Source of the DNA: Candidatus Parcubacteria bacterium
Lineage (GTDB): Bacteria; Patescibacteriota; Patescibacteriia; Patescibacteriales; UBA12075
Assembly (NCBI GenBank): GCA_023132155.1
Contig: JAGLYP010000023.1
Span: 11,504-75,503 of the forward strand
Length of the DNA: 64,000 bases
Direction of reading: 5' to 3'
Numbering within the stretch: position 1 is the stretch's first letter; each line of letters opens with the position of its first letter. Below, in pieces: positions 37,862 through 48,909 of this stretch. The notes beneath the pieces are model-generated. The model was not told the origin of the DNA. It worked only from the letters and a program-made list of their open reading frames with translations, and did no database searches. Position numbers and translations under genes: made by a program.

Positions 37862-39205
37862 ATGAAAAAATATTTTGAATATCTTTTAAGTAAAGGGATA
37901 GTTAATCCGCCAGACGTAATAGATGTTTTTAGAAAAATTAACATAAAAGAAATACTAGAAATTGCATTTCAATGTTATATGCTAGCTGAAAAATCAGCAG
38001 AAAAGGACTACAAAGATAGCGTTTTTAATTTCGCTGTTAACAGCTCTATGAGTGGTGGCATTCATCCTTGCGCTAATTTGATATGCAGAACAAGAAATGT
38101 GTTTGAATTAGCCACATTTAATGCTCTTTATGCCGATAAACTAGTTATCTTAAATCCCTTCGAACATGTTTATCATCATATCGAGACTGGTTTTGACTTT
38201 AAAAATGAAAAACAATTAGATAACTTCATTGATAGATTACTTGGGGACATTGTTATAACTGTTATATTAAAGCCATTATTTGAAAGTAAGTTAATAACAA
38301 TAAACCCGGCACTCAGAGGCTATTGCAAGCCTTGCTTAAAGAAAAAAATATTGGAAGAAAAAACTCTACAAGAAGCATTTGATAAAATAGAAGACAAAGT
38401 AATATCTGATATTGGAAAAAATGTTAAAGTAACAATGGATACAAAAAATTCTATTGTTTTTGATGGAAAGGATAATTATCTTGGAGCCGAAGCATTTAGA
38501 TTTATAAAAGTACCCGCAAGCTTAAAACAGTTTACAAAATTTGTACCTTACACCTTTAACCCAGAAGAAATTAAAAAGTTGGGTCTTTGGGAAATACCTG
38601 TTGTGCCAATATTTAATGATGTGATAATGCAAAAGTTTCTTATCACCAATCAAAAAGTAAATTATCTTACAAATAGAAAAATTGAGAGCGATATCATTAG
38701 CTATTTAAACGCAAATAATCTTGAAATATCTAATGAAAATGATATTTTTAATGGACTTACTCATAAGTTGCCTTTTGTAATGAATGCTTCATTGGAGAAA
38801 CTTGTTGATTTTAGAAATAATGAAGCCGAATCTTTTGATGCATACAGACTTTCAGTAAAAAGGGCCATAGAACTAAGTAAGGAAGAAACAAAGCAAAAAA
38901 TAATTGAAGAAATATCAAGTGACATTATAAAACCAGAATTAAAAAAATTAAGCAGAGTGTTTAAAACTCATCAAAAAAAATTTACTAATAAAGGTAAGGA
39001 GAAAATTATTTTCAATAGTCTTTTATTGTCCGCTGGATTATTTGCTAATAATCAATTTGGGTTAAATTTTGAAAACATTTTAGCACTTGGTGGTTTACAC
39101 AAGTTATCGGATATAGGTGGTGATTTCATTGAGGCTTCGTCTGTCCCAGATGAGGTAATAAATAATGATTATTATTTTTTATGGCAAATTCAAAAAGGAT
39201 TATAG
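37862..39205 (+). CDS. Orphan hypothetical protein (447 aa), very AT-rich; single-gene unit in a tRNA / GIY-YIG hotspot.
   Basis: No recognisable motifs; flanked by its own terminator hairpin. Confidence 0.5.
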   Translation: MKKYFEYLLSKGIVNPPDVIDVFRKINIKEILEIAFQCYMLAEKSAEKDYKDSVFNFAVNSSMSGGIHPCANLICRTRNVFELATFNALYADKLVILNPFEHVYHHIETGFDFKNEKQLDNFIDRLLGDIVITVILKPLFESKLITINPALRGYCKPCLKKKILEEKTLQEAFDKIEDKVISDIGKNVKVTMDTKNSIVFDGKDNYLGAEAFRFIKVPASLKQFTKFVPYTFNPEEIKKLGLWEIPVVPIFNDVIMQKFLITNQKVNYLTNRKIESDIISYLNANNLEISNENDIFNGLTHKLPFVMNASLEKLVDFRNNEAESFDAYRLSVKRAIELSKEETKQKIIEEISSDIIKPELKKLSRVFKTHQKKFTNKGKEKIIFNSLLLSAGLFANNQFGLNFENILALGGLHKLSDIGGDFIEASSVPDEVINNDYYFLWQIQKGL

Positions 39206-39256
39206 ATACAAATATATTTATTTTAAAATATTAGTTCGAACATCGTCCGCGACCCC

Positions 39257-39302
39257 GAGCAAATATAAATACACCCTTTTTAGGGTGTATTTATATTTGC
39301 TC
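39257..39302 (+). terminator. Perfect 21-bp-stem hairpin (GAGCAAATATAAATACACCCT-tttt-AGGGTGTATTTATATTTGCTC).
   Basis: Read from the sequence. Confidence 0.6.
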
Positions 39303-39358
39303 GGAGGCATGGTATAATAAAATTATAAATATATTTTAATAATTAAAATAAAAAAACT

Positions 39359-40006
39359 ATGAAAATTAAATTATTTGCCATGATTTTATTTATGGTGTTT
39401 ATGTCAATTCCGGCTTTTGCGCAAAGTGAAAATGACGCGAACAGCAACAAGCCTGTACCTACACAAATTTCCGAGAAAAAGGAAATGGGCGAGCAAAAAA
39501 AAGCGGATAATATAGACGAGTCAAAAGCATTACGAGAAACAGCAAAAAATAAAAAAGAGAAAGCAAAACAGCTTAAAAGTAAATCCGCCAATGAGCATAG
39601 AAGCGCGGTTGCTGATTTTGTCCAAAATTTATTAGACGTGGCTGATCGTCAGTCTTTAGGCGGTATTGGCGAGCAGGTAAGAGAGATTGCCAGACAACAG
39701 AACGCTTCCGAAGACAAGGTAACCCCGAATTTAGAAAAAGTAAAGAATAAAAACAAAGTTAGAAAATTTTTATTCGGTACTGATTTCAAAAAAACAAAAG
39801 AAATTAAGAAAGAAATGCAAGAAGCCAAGAAAAGATTAAATGAGCTGGAAAAAACGAAAGACGAAGTTGATAATTCCGCTGATAAAGCAATAATCGAGGA
39901 ACAAATAAAGAGTTTTCAAGATAACATAAATAATGTATTGAAAGACGTGGAAGATGAAGAAAAGAAGTTTAGTATATTCGGTTGGGCGAAAAAAATGTTT
40001 ATTTAA
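39359..40006 (+). CDS. Secreted lysine-rich coiled-coil protein, hypothetical.
   Basis: Signal peptide MKIKLFAMILFMVFMSIPAFA, then K/E-rich low complexity. Confidence 0.5.
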   Translation: MKIKLFAMILFMVFMSIPAFAQSENDANSNKPVPTQISEKKEMGEQKKADNIDESKALRETAKNKKEKAKQLKSKSANEHRSAVADFVQNLLDVADRQSLGGIGEQVREIARQQNASEDKVTPNLEKVKNKNKVRKFLFGTDFKKTKEIKKEMQEAKKRLNELEKTKDEVDNSADKAIIEEQIKSFQDNINNVLKDVEDEEKKFSIFGWAKKMFI

Positions 40007-40023
40007 TAATTTTTTACAAACAA

Positions 40024-40056
40024 AAAAACTGTGTAATTTAGATATACAGTTTTTTT
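40024..40056 (+). terminator. Rho-independent terminator (AAAAAACTGTGTAATTTAGATATACAGTTTTTT).
   Basis: A stem with a U-tract. Confidence 0.6.
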
Positions 40057-40099
40057 ATTTCAAATTTTACGATCATCCATTAGCACATTCTATGGAATG

Positions 40100-40108
40100 T
40101 GCTATAAT
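40100..40108 (+). promoter_or_regulatory. Extended -10 box TGCTATAAT placed 6 nt before the ATG at 40115, giving a probable leaderless transcript.
   Basis: Read from the sequence. Confidence 0.35.
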
Positions 40109-40114
40109 GGCAAT

Positions 40115-40282
40115 ATGGCTAAACGCATTATAAAATTAACAAAATCATCCCGTTACAGCTATTCAGTGGTTATTCCAAGGGAGATTATTAAAAAATACGG
40201 CTGGAAAAGCAAACAAAAACTTACTATTGAAGATAAGGGGAGAGGGAGCTTGGAGATAAAGGATTGGAGAAGGATGAAATAA
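40115..40282 (+). CDS. Small AbrB/MazE/SpoVT-like looped-hinge-helix DNA-binding protein (putative orphan antitoxin-like regulator).
   Basis: MAKRIIKLTKSSRYSYSVVIPREIIKKYGWKSKQKLTIEDKGRGSLEI resembles the SpoVT/AbrB swapped-hairpin fold; the assignment is tentative. Confidence 0.4.
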   Translation: MAKRIIKLTKSSRYSYSVVIPREIIKKYGWKSKQKLTIEDKGRGSLEIKDWRRMK

Positions 40283-40451
40283 AACAAAAAAATTGATAAA
40301 ATTTTTATTTTGCAGACCTTGACAAAAAATAAAAATTATGGGATTATTATGGTTGTGCTTTTAAAAAAATTAAATATAAGACTATTTGTACTCTTTAATA
40401 TAGATATAGACAAAATTAATATTTTTAGGATTGGGGCAAATATAACAATTT

Positions 40452-42131
40452 ATGACAACATTTAAAGAACTTGGCCTGAATCCTGAAATAATGAAGAGCC
40501 TTGACGATTTAGGGTTTACAAATCCTTACCCTATCCAGAGACAGGTTATCCCGTTTATATTAAAATCAAAAAAGGATTTAATCGCTTTAGCGCAAACCGG
40601 AACAGGAAAAACGGCGGCTTTCGGTTTGCCGATTTTAAATCAGATGAAGGCAAATGAAAAGGATTTGTTTGCTATAATTCTTTGCCCGACAAGGGAATTG
40701 TGCCTTCAGATTTCACAAGATATAAAAAAATTCGCCAAATATTCAAAAGGAATTACAGTTACCGCGGTTTACGGCGGAGAAAAAATTGATTTTCAAATTA
40801 AATCGTTAAGAAGGGGAACCAATATTGTTGTGGGCACTCCCGGACGCGTTCATGATTTAATCAGAAGAAAAGTTTTAAAACTTCAATCTATCAAGCGGCT
40901 GGTTTTGGACGAGGCCGATGAAATGCTTGATATGGGATTTAAAGATGACTTGGATGCCATTTTAAATGAAACTCCGAAAACAAGACAGACTTTGCTTTTT
41001 TCGGCAACCATCTCCGCGAGAGTTCGTTCAATCGCCAGGCAGTATATGAATGAAGCCCAAGAGATAAGCGCGGGAGAGAAAAATATCGGAGCGGAGAAAG
41101 TAACCCATGAATATTATGTAGTCCAGGCCAGGGATCGTTTTGAGGCTTTAAAAAGAATTTTGGATTATTTGCCTGGAGTTTACGGCATTCTTTTTTGTCG
41201 GACAAGAAGAGAAACTCAAGAAATATCCGACAAGCTAAAGCAGGCCAATTATGACACGGAAGCTCTGCACGGCGATATTTCGCAAGGCATGCGGACAAAA
41301 ATTATGGATAGATTTAAACGCAAGCAGATTTGTTTGCTGGTTGCGACAGACGTGGCGGCAAGAGGAATAGATGTGAGCAATCTAACTCACGTTATAAATT
41401 ACAATCTTCCCGGCCAAAACGAAGCCTATACGCACAGAAGCGGAAGAACCGGAAGAGCCCGGAAGAGCGGGGTTTCTATTTCTATTCTGGGTCAGAGAGA
41501 GATAAGAAGAATTAAAGAGCTGGAGGGCGCTATAGGCAAGAAATTTGAATATAAAAAAGTTCCAAACGGAGAAGAAATTTGCCAAAAGCAGATTGATAAT
41601 TTTTTGAAAGAAATGGAAGAAACAGATATTAAAGAAACCGGCAATGAACAATATTTTCAAAAATTCGCGAAAAGGCTGGAAAAAATAAATAAAGAAGATT
41701 TAATAAAGCTGTTTTTAAGCCATAAATTCAGCCGTATTTTAGATGATTACAAAAATGCCCGCGACTTGAATGCCAAGGCCAAGCCTTCCCGAGAAAGAAG
41801 AGGAGGCGGAGATGATATTAGTTTGAAGATTAATTTTGGCAGAAAACACGGATTTGATATTAAAGGGCTTTTCGCGTTGGTTAATTCAAATAAAAATTTA
41901 AAAGGCGTTGAAATCGGAAAGATAAATTTAATGCCCGAGTATTCAATTTTTTCAGTTGATAAAAAACGCGCGGACAATGTGATTAAATTTTTGAAAGGAA
42001 CAAATTTTAGAGCTAAAAAAATTGTTATAAGCAAAAGCAACGTAACGATGGCAAGCGGTTATCAAGGAAAAAAAAGAGGCGGATATAATAGAGGATTTAA
42101 GGAAAAAAGAAGAGGATTTAGAAAAAAATAG
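40452..42131 (+). CDS. DEAD-box ATP-dependent RNA helicase (DeaD/CsdA-like), with a C-terminal DbpA-like RNA-binding domain and an RGG/K-rich tail.
   Basis: Q-motif, AQTGTGKT, DEAD, SAT and HRSGRTGRA motifs. Confidence 0.9.
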   Translation: MTTFKELGLNPEIMKSLDDLGFTNPYPIQRQVIPFILKSKKDLIALAQTGTGKTAAFGLPILNQMKANEKDLFAIILCPTRELCLQISQDIKKFAKYSKGITVTAVYGGEKIDFQIKSLRRGTNIVVGTPGRVHDLIRRKVLKLQSIKRLVLDEADEMLDMGFKDDLDAILNETPKTRQTLLFSATISARVRSIARQYMNEAQEISAGEKNIGAEKVTHEYYVVQARDRFEALKRILDYLPGVYGILFCRTRRETQEISDKLKQANYDTEALHGDISQGMRTKIMDRFKRKQICLLVATDVAARGIDVSNLTHVINYNLPGQNEAYTHRSGRTGRARKSGVSISILGQREIRRIKELEGAIGKKFEYKKVPNGEEICQKQIDNFLKEMEETDIKETGNEQYFQKFAKRLEKINKEDLIKLFLSHKFSRILDDYKNARDLNAKAKPSRERRGGGDDISLKINFGRKHGFDIKGLFALVNSNKNLKGVEIGKINLMPEYSIFSVDKKRADNVIKFLKGTNFRAKKIVISKSNVTMASGYQGKKRGGYNRGFKEKRRGFRKK

Positions 42132-42301
42132 ATAAATTGATTGAGCTTGATTTTTTATAATTTTTATGTTAAGATCGCTGAAAGCTCTTTGAGAATATAT
42201 TTTTTAAAAATCTTATATTATAAGGAGGAATAGGAGATTTTATTTACAAGACGGCATTGTTTTTTAAAAATTGTTACTGAATTTGAAAAGGAGAAAAAAT
42301 T

Positions 42302-43774
42302 ATGGCTAGAATAGCACTTGAAGAAACATATTCTTTTGATGATGTTTTATTGGTTCCGGATTATTTTGATGTATTGCCCAAAAACGTGAGTATTAATACC
42401 CGCTTGACTAAAAACCTTAGCTTAAACATTCCTATCATCAGCGCTGCCATGGATACTGTAACTGAGGCCAAAACATCAATAAGTATGGCGCGAGAGGGCG
42501 GATTGGGTTTCATACATCGAAACATGAGCATAGAAAGTCAGGTTACAGAGGTAAAAAAAGTAAAGAAATCGGAAAGCGGTATGATTATTGATCCAATTAC
42601 TGTTAATCCGGATCAGTCTGTTTCAGACGTGCTTAAGCTTATGGAGCAGTACCGTATTTCAGGGGTTCCTGTTACAGACAAAGGTTATTTGGTCGGGATT
42701 GTGACAAATAGGGATTTAAGATTTGAAATCGATATGGAGAAAAAGATTTCAGCGGTAATGACTAGTAAGAATCTTGTTACGGTATCAGAGGGAATTACTC
42801 TGGAAGATTCTAAAAAACTGCTTCATGAACACAGGATTGAAAAACTTCTGGTTGTTGACAAAAAACGTAATAGATTGCTTACGGGTATGATAACCATAAA
42901 GGATATTGAGAAAATAAAAAAATATCCTAACGCCTGCAAAGATAATAAGGGCAGATTAAGAGTCGGAGCCGCTGTTGGCGTTGGTCCTGATATGGAAGAG
43001 CGCGTAGCAGCGCTTTTAAAAGCAGGCGCTGATGTTATATTAATTGATACGGCTCACGGTCATTCAAAAAATGTTATAGATGCCGTGAAAATTTTAAAAA
43101 GTAATTTTGATGATATTGATTTGATTGCTGGCAATGTCGGTACCGCGAAAGGCGCGGATAATCTTATTAAGGCCGGAGTTGATGGAGTAAAAATCGGAAT
43201 AGGGCCGGGATCTATATGCACAACTCGCATAGTGGCGGGTGTAGGAATTCCCCAAGTTACGGCTATAATGAATTGTAAGTCCATATCAAATAAAACAGGC
43301 GTGCCTTTGATTGCCGATGGCGGTATAAAATATTCAGGCGATATTACAAAAGCTATCGGCGCGGGCGCGCATGTTGTGATGATTGGAGGACTTTTTGCCG
43401 GAGTAGAGGAAAGCCCAGGCGAGTTAATATTTTTTCAGGGACGCAGTTATAAATTATACAGAGGTATGGGATCTATTGAAGCAATGAAAAAGGGAAGCGG
43501 AGATAGGTATGGACAAATCGAAGAAGTTGAAAATAATAACAAGCTGGTTCCGGAAGGCATTGTCGGACGCGTGCCATATAAGGGTTTACTTTCCGCGAAT
43601 ATTTTTCAGCTTGTTGGAGGATTAAGGGCTGGTATGCGGTACACGGGTTGCCGGACCATTGAAGAATTAAGAGAAAAAGCCGGATTTGTTAAAATTAGCG
43701 CCGCCGGTCTGCGCGAAAGCCATGTCCATGATGTAATAATTACCAAAGAAGCGCCTAATTATAGCCTTGATTAA
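42302..43774 (+). CDS. guaB: Inosine-5'-monophosphate dehydrogenase with a CBS pair.
   Basis: [28 protein letters not shown], a catalytic Cys loop, and tandem CBS domains. Confidence 0.9.
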   Translation: MARIALEETYSFDDVLLVPDYFDVLPKNVSINTRLTKNLSLNIPIISAAMDTVTEAKTSISMAREGGLGFIHRNMSIESQVTEVKKVKKSESGMIIDPITVNPDQSVSDVLKLMEQYRISGVPVTDKGYLVGIVTNRDLRFEIDMEKKISAVMTSKNLVTVSEGITLEDSKKLLHEHRIEKLLVVDKKRNRLLTGMITIKDIEKIKKYPNACKDNKGRLRVGAAVGVGPDMEERVAALLKAGADVILIDTAHGHSKNVIDAVKILKSNFDDIDLIAGNVGTAKGADNLIKAGVDGVKIGIGPGSICTTRIVAGVGIPQVTAIMNCKSISNKTGVPLIADGGIKYSGDITKAIGAGAHVVMIGGLFAGVEESPGELIFFQGRSYKLYRGMGSIEAMKKGSGDRYGQIEEVENNNKLVPEGIVGRVPYKGLLSANIFQLVGGLRAGMRYTGCRTIEELREKAGFVKISAAGLRESHVHDVIITKEAPNYSLD

Positions 43775-43805
43775 AGACAAATGGGCGCTAAAATATAAGG
43801 CGCGG

Positions 43806-43857
43806 TTAATACGGATTTATTCGTGTTTAACCGCGCCTTTTTCTTTTTTATCTTTTT
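43806..43857 (+). terminator. Rho-independent terminator (AAGGCGCGGTTAA...TTTAACCGCGCCTT followed by a T-run).
   Basis: Read from the sequence. Confidence 0.7.
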
Positions 43858-43936
43858 TTTAATTGAATTATTTGATTTTTTCTTTAATATTTGCTATTTT
43901 TATAATATAAAAAAATAATCAGTTTTTTGAATTTTT

Positions 43937-45514
43937 ATGGATTATCTTAAAATCGGCAAAGCCACCGAATTGCTAGGCAAGGATTATAAATTGTACCGGG
44001 TTTTAGAAATTTTACCCGGTTTTTTGTCTTGGTCAACTATTCTTTTGCTATTAATTTTTTCGTATTTTTATCCTGTTGTCGTGGCTTTTTTTATTATCGC
44101 GTTTGATGTTTACTGGCTGCTTTTGGTTTTTTATCTTGGCATTCATTTGCTTTCGTCTTACCGAAAAACTAAAAAAAATATGAAAATTGATTGGCGAAAT
44201 AAATTGTATTCTCTTGACAGTAAAATATTAAAAAGAACTGATTTAGTCAGCGGTAAAGATATTAAAATAAAAATTAAATGGGACGATGTTATTCATTTGA
44301 TAATTTTTCCAATCGCCTGTGAAAGCCTTGAAGTAATCAGCCAGAGCGTTAAAGCGATAACGGAAACGGGCTATTTGGAAAAAAATATGATATTGGTCTT
44401 GTCAGTAGAGGAAAGGGGCGGTTCAGAGCTGAAAGCAAGAGCGGAGGCCGCAAAAAAAGAATTTGCGAAATTTTTTCGTAATTTTATCGTAACAACGCAT
44501 CCTGATGGGCTGGTAGGCGAGTTAAAAGGCAAAGGCGCTAATCAGTCTTGGGCGGCTAAAATTGTGGAAGACAATTTAATTGACAAAAACGGTTTGGATT
44601 ATGATAAAATTTTGGTAAGCGTTTTTGATATTGACACAGTTGTTTATCCTGATTATTTTCATTGTTTAACTTATAAATTTTTAACTGTAAAAAATCCGTA
44701 TAGGGCAAGCTATCAGCCGATACCGCTTTATCATAATAATGTTTGGCAAGCGTCGTTTTTCGCGCGAGTAGCGGCTTCTTCCAATACTTTTTGGCAGATG
44801 ATGCAACAGATACGGCAGGAAAAATTAGCCACTTATTCTTCTCATTCAATGACATGGCGGGCTTTGGTTGAGGCCGGATTTTGGGGAAAAACCATGGTGA
44901 GCGAGGATTCACGCATTTTTTGGCATTGTTTTTGTAATTATAACGGTGATTATCGGGTTGAGCCTTTGTATTATCCGGTGTCAATGGATGTAACCATGGA
45001 TGACACGGTCTGGCAGACCGCGAAAAATTTGTATAAACAGCAAAGGCGCTGGGGCTGGGGCGTGGAAAATATTCCGTATTTGCTTTTTAACGGGATTAAG
45101 CGCTGGCCTAAATTTAAAAAAGGAAAATTAATCAACCGTATTTTCGTACAGCTTTACGGGTTTCATTCTTGGGCGACAAACGCTTTGATTATCGGTTTTA
45201 TCGGTTGGATGCCCATGTTTTTGGGGGGTGATAGATTTAACGCCACGGTTTTATCAACAAATTTGCCTGTTGTTACCAGAGCGTTAATGACGCTTGCCAT
45301 GCTTGGTTTGGTTTTGTCAGCCATTCTTTCAACAATTTTATTGCCGAAAAAACCGAAGAAATATGGATTTTTTAAATATGCTATTATGTTCTTGCAATGG
45401 CTTGTATTGCCGTTTAGCATAGTTATTTTTGGAGCAATCCCAGGGCTTGACGCGCAGACAAGGTTGATGTTCGGCAAATATTTGGGGTTTTTTATTACGC
45501 CCAAATCCAGGTAG
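43937..45514 (+). CDS. Membrane-bound family-2 glycosyltransferase (processive, cellulose-synthase-like; QxxRW motif).
   Basis: D,D signatures (FDIDT), QQRRWGWG, with N- and C-terminal TM helices. Confidence 0.7.
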   Translation: MDYLKIGKATELLGKDYKLYRVLEILPGFLSWSTILLLLIFSYFYPVVVAFFIIAFDVYWLLLVFYLGIHLLSSYRKTKKNMKIDWRNKLYSLDSKILKRTDLVSGKDIKIKIKWDDVIHLIIFPIACESLEVISQSVKAITETGYLEKNMILVLSVEERGGSELKARAEAAKKEFAKFFRNFIVTTHPDGLVGELKGKGANQSWAAKIVEDNLIDKNGLDYDKILVSVFDIDTVVYPDYFHCLTYKFLTVKNPYRASYQPIPLYHNNVWQASFFARVAASSNTFWQMMQQIRQEKLATYSSHSMTWRALVEAGFWGKTMVSEDSRIFWHCFCNYNGDYRVEPLYYPVSMDVTMDDTVWQTAKNLYKQQRRWGWGVENIPYLLFNGIKRWPKFKKGKLINRIFVQLYGFHSWATNALIIGFIGWMPMFLGGDRFNATVLSTNLPVVTRALMTLAMLGLVLSAILSTILLPKKPKKYGFFKYAIMFLQWLVLPFSIVIFGAIPGLDAQTRLMFGKYLGFFITPKSR

Positions 45515-45534
45515 GAACGCGCCGCGGCGCGTTC
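45515..45534. terminator. Perfect GC palindrome GAACGCGCCGCGGCGCGTTC between the convergent GT2 and typA genes.
   Basis: Read from the sequence. Confidence 0.6.
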
Positions 45535-45544
45535 TTGCGATTTT

Positions 45545-47335
45545 TTATTTTTTCCTCTTCATCCTAACCCTCTCATTCTCGCTTAAATATTTTTTTCTTA
45601 AGCGAATATTTTTCGGAGTTATTTCCAAATATTCGTCATCGCTCATAACGCCCATTCCGCGCTCAAGCGTTAATTCAATCGGCGGAGTTAAGCGGATAGC
45701 CTCGTCCGCTCCGGATGCGCGCATATTGGTGAGCTGTTTGCCTTTTGTGGGATTAACTGTTAAATCATTACCTTTGGCAACATCACCGATAACCATTCCT
45801 TCGTAAACTTCCGTAGCGGCGGGAATATACAAGTTTCCTCTATCTTGCAGGTTAAATAATGAAAAGCCAAGCGTTTTACCGGTAGCCATTGATATCATTG
45901 ATCCGACTTCGCGCTTTTCAATTTTGCCGGCGTATGGCTTAAATCCGATTACGCGCGTATAAATTATGCCTTCGCCGCGAGTGTCAACCACAAATTCATT
46001 CCTATAGCCTAAAAGTCCGCGAGTTGGAATTTCAAAAATAATTTTCGCACTGCCGTGTTCCGGCTTCATTTCCAGCATATTTCCGCGGCGCTTGGAAAGT
46101 TTTTCAATTACAACGCCGGTCATATCATCAGGCGCGATTATTGTTACTTCTTCAAATGGTTCGTGTTTTACGCCGTCAATTTCTTTGATTATTACTTGAG
46201 GCTGGGATATTTGCAGTTCATAGCTTTCGCGCCGCATATTTTCCAAAAGAATTGCTATATGCATTTCACCCCGGCCGTAAACTTTGTAATGATCTACCGC
46301 GGAAAAGTCTATTTTTAAGCCGACATTAACTTCCAGCTCTTTTTCAAGCCTTTCTTTAAGCTGGCGGTTAGTAATAAATTTGCCTTCACGGCCGGCAAAT
46401 GGCGAGCTGTTTATTAAAAAATTCAAAGAAATTGTCGGCTTGTCAATATTTATAGCCGGCAAAGGTTCTTGCTCGCTATTTTCGCAGATAGTTTCACCGA
46501 TATAAATGTTAGGCAGGCCGCTCGTCATAATAATATCGCCGGTTGCGGCTGTTTTCACTTCTTTTCTTTGCAATCCTTCAAAGGTAAAGAGTTTTGAGAT
46601 TTTTCCGGTACGCGTATTTCCTTCATTGTCTTTTATAATAACTTGGCTTCCGGCTGCTATTTTTCCTTCATATACGCGGCTGATTGCCAGCCGTCCGAGA
46701 AAATTATCATAAGCTAAATTAAAAGGCTGTACGCGAAATGGCTTGTTTCCCGCTTCTTCGCTTGAAGCGACAGGAACTTTTTCAATAATTAAATCAAGCA
46801 GGGGCGACAAATTTTTGGAATCATCATTAAGATTTTTTTTGGCAATGCCTTTTTTCGCGATCGTATAGATAATTGAAAAATTTAATTGCTCGTCATTCGC
46901 GCCTAAGTCAAGAAATAATTCATAAACCATTTCTTGCGCTTCGTCCGGCCTTGCGGCCGGCTTATCTATTTTGTTAATAACTACAATCGGCTTTAAACCG
47001 AGATCAAGCGATTTTTTTAAAACAAATTTTGTTTGCGGCATCGGACCTTCTTGCGCGTCCACTACCAAAAGCACGGAATCAATTGATCTTAATACACGCT
47101 CAACTTCCGAGCCGAAATCGGCATGTCCGGGAGTATCAACAATATTGATTTTAGTATCTTTATAATTCACGGAAGTGTTTTTTGAATAGATTGTAATCCC
47201 GCGTTCTTGCTCAAGCGCGTCCGAATCCATGCTAACCCCTTCCGCCGCCATGCCCGTTTGTTGCATCAAAGCATCGGTTAAGGTTGTCTTGCCATGATCA
47301 ACATGCGCGACAATAGCGATATTTCTTATTTCCAT
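45545..47335 (-). CDS. typA: Translational GTPase TypA/BipA.
   Basis: [28 protein letters not shown]... matches the BipA N-terminus; the start is trimmed to the conserved Met. Confidence 0.9.
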   Translation of the reverse strand: MEIRNIAIVAHVDHGKTTLTDALMQQTGMAAEGVSMDSDALEQERGITIYSKNTSVNYKDTKINIVDTPGHADFGSEVERVLRSIDSVLLVVDAQEGPMPQTKFVLKKSLDLGLKPIVVINKIDKPAARPDEAQEMVYELFLDLGANDEQLNFSIIYTIAKKGIAKKNLNDDSKNLSPLLDLIIEKVPVASSEEAGNKPFRVQPFNLAYDNFLGRLAISRVYEGKIAAGSQVIIKDNEGNTRTGKISKLFTFEGLQRKEVKTAATGDIIMTSGLPNIYIGETICENSEQEPLPAINIDKPTISLNFLINSSPFAGREGKFITNRQLKERLEKELEVNVGLKIDFSAVDHYKVYGRGEMHIAILLENMRRESYELQISQPQVIIKEIDGVKHEPFEEVTIIAPDDMTGVVIEKLSKRRGNMLEMKPEHGSAKIIFEIPTRGLLGYRNEFVVDTRGEGIIYTRVIGFKPYAGKIEKREVGSMISMATGKTLGFSLFNLQDRGNLYIPAATEVYEGMVIGDVAKGNDLTVNPTKGKQLTNMRASGADEAIRLTPPIELTLERGMGVMSDDEYLEITPKNIRLRKKYLSENERVRMKRKK

Positions 47336-47547
47336 AGTTTTTGATATAATTTGATATAAAATAAAAAACATACCCTTTTCAGTCAAGAGTATATTTTCTT
47401 GCTCTATTAAGTAAATTTACAATAGCATTTTTGGAAAAATTTGTCAAAAAAATAATTCAAAAATAGAGTAAAGAAATAAAAACGAGGCTACTAAAGTTTT
47501 TTAACCTGAGTAGCCCCTTTCACTAATAGTTGACGCAAGGATAGTTT

Positions 47548-47820
47548 TTAGGCTTTTGCAGGTGCCTTGGTTTCAATTGCTTTACTACCACCAGAACCGT
47601 AGGTCACCTTGAAAAAGTGGACGAATTTTTCGTTGAGAGGTTTTCCCTGAAAAATTCCTTCGCCCTTTTCGTATTTTAGGCACCATCCCTTAGAAAAAAA
47701 TTTTTGTGTCCATCCGCTTTGCCCATTTACTAACAAACATGTTGTTTTAACTGGTGGATTAAAACAATAGGTAGTATTTGGCACAAAGCCGCCCCTCTTC
47801 TCTTCTAGGCTAATAATCAT
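47548..47820 (-). CDS. Hypothetical 90-aa protein.
   Basis: ORF only; followed by the terminator hairpin GGCTACT...AGTAGCC at 47487-47517. Confidence 0.35.
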   Translation of the reverse strand: MIISLEEKRGGFVPNTTYCFNPPVKTTCLLVNGQSGWTQKFFSKGWCLKYEKGEGIFQGKPLNEKFVHFFKVTYGSGGSKAIETKAPAKA

Positions 47821-47853
47821 TTTTTCCTCCTGCTTGTTTATTTGATTAAAAAT

Positions 47854-48581
47854 TTAATCCTCAAAACACATTGAAAAGTTGGCAGCAAGCGCCTCACTAG
47901 GCTGAAGGTAAATCCCATTTTTGGTATCAAATTCATGATATGAAAGTAGAGGTTCAACGCAAAAATATTTTTGTCTCCAATCTGTCCAGACGCAGACATT
48001 GCCTCTATTGAAGCCTTCGGCGAGTTCCATTCTGACCGTACCAATTCCGTTTAATTTTATAAGAATTGTGTCAGTTGCAGGAAAAACTTTTGGTCCATAG
48101 GCTTGCTGAATGACAATATCTGAAACATCGCTATTAACAAATTTCACTTCACCGCCATCGGGGGCGTTAAAGTATGGGTGCCAGCCGAGCTCAATGGGTA
48201 TAGGAATTTTTTGGTAACTAAAAATTTGGGTATTAATCTTAAAACAATTGTCCGAAATTAGATAAGACACATCGTAATCTATGATTACACCCCAATGACA
48301 ATATTCGTAATTAAAATTACACTCTTTATCGTCGAAATAATTATGACTCCAAAAAACATTTCGGAGTTCCCCGTGTTGAGGAGCAGAAGAAAAAATTCTT
48401 TTGCCTTCAGGTGAACCGAAAATTGGCGAACAGATATGCATCCCGCCGCGCATGACTACGCCGCTATCTTTATTAATTATTTGCTGAGGGTAAAAAAGTG
48501 TTTACTTCCCTTTTGGAGCGTGCAAGTTCTTGCTCCGGTGGATGATGTTTCAATGTGCGAATCCTTATTGTGCTTGTACAT
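47854..48581 (-). pseudogene. Frameshifted YeaD-like aldose/glucose-6-phosphate 1-epimerase family gene.
   Basis: The 199-aa ORF has RGGMHICSPIFG (compare AIRGGVPVCWPWFG), GWHPYFNAPDGG (compare HTYFN) and FCVEP. A 34-aa ORF with a Shine-Dalgarno sequence (48477-48581) supplies the N-terminus in another frame; the two join with a 1-nt change at the T6 run near 48497-48502. Confidence 0.55.
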
Positions 48582-48909
48582 GGCATTCTCCTTTCAAAAT
48601 AATATATTTATTTAAAAGTTAAACATAATTTTTGCCGATGATGACTTAAAAATATAGCACAAAAAATAATTTATGTCAAACAAAAAAAGTCAAAAAAAAG
48701 TCAATTTTTTGTTAAATAAAAACCAAAATAAATAAACCACCAACCACGCCACACGCACTATGTGGCGTGGTAAGGCAAGTAAAAATATGCCAAGATTAAA
48801 GCATTCGGGGTTTTATTGCGAAAAAGCCTGAAAATTCGTAAATTTTCAAAAATAACTCAAATAATTTTAATATTTTTTAAAAAGTATAATTGTATGCTAT
48901 AATATATAT

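Noticed and set aside
45545-47386. Long N-terminal extension of TypA (MTEKGMFFILYQIISKT...).
   Set aside because: The conserved BipA N-terminus starts at [18 protein letters not shown], so the start was trimmed to 47335.
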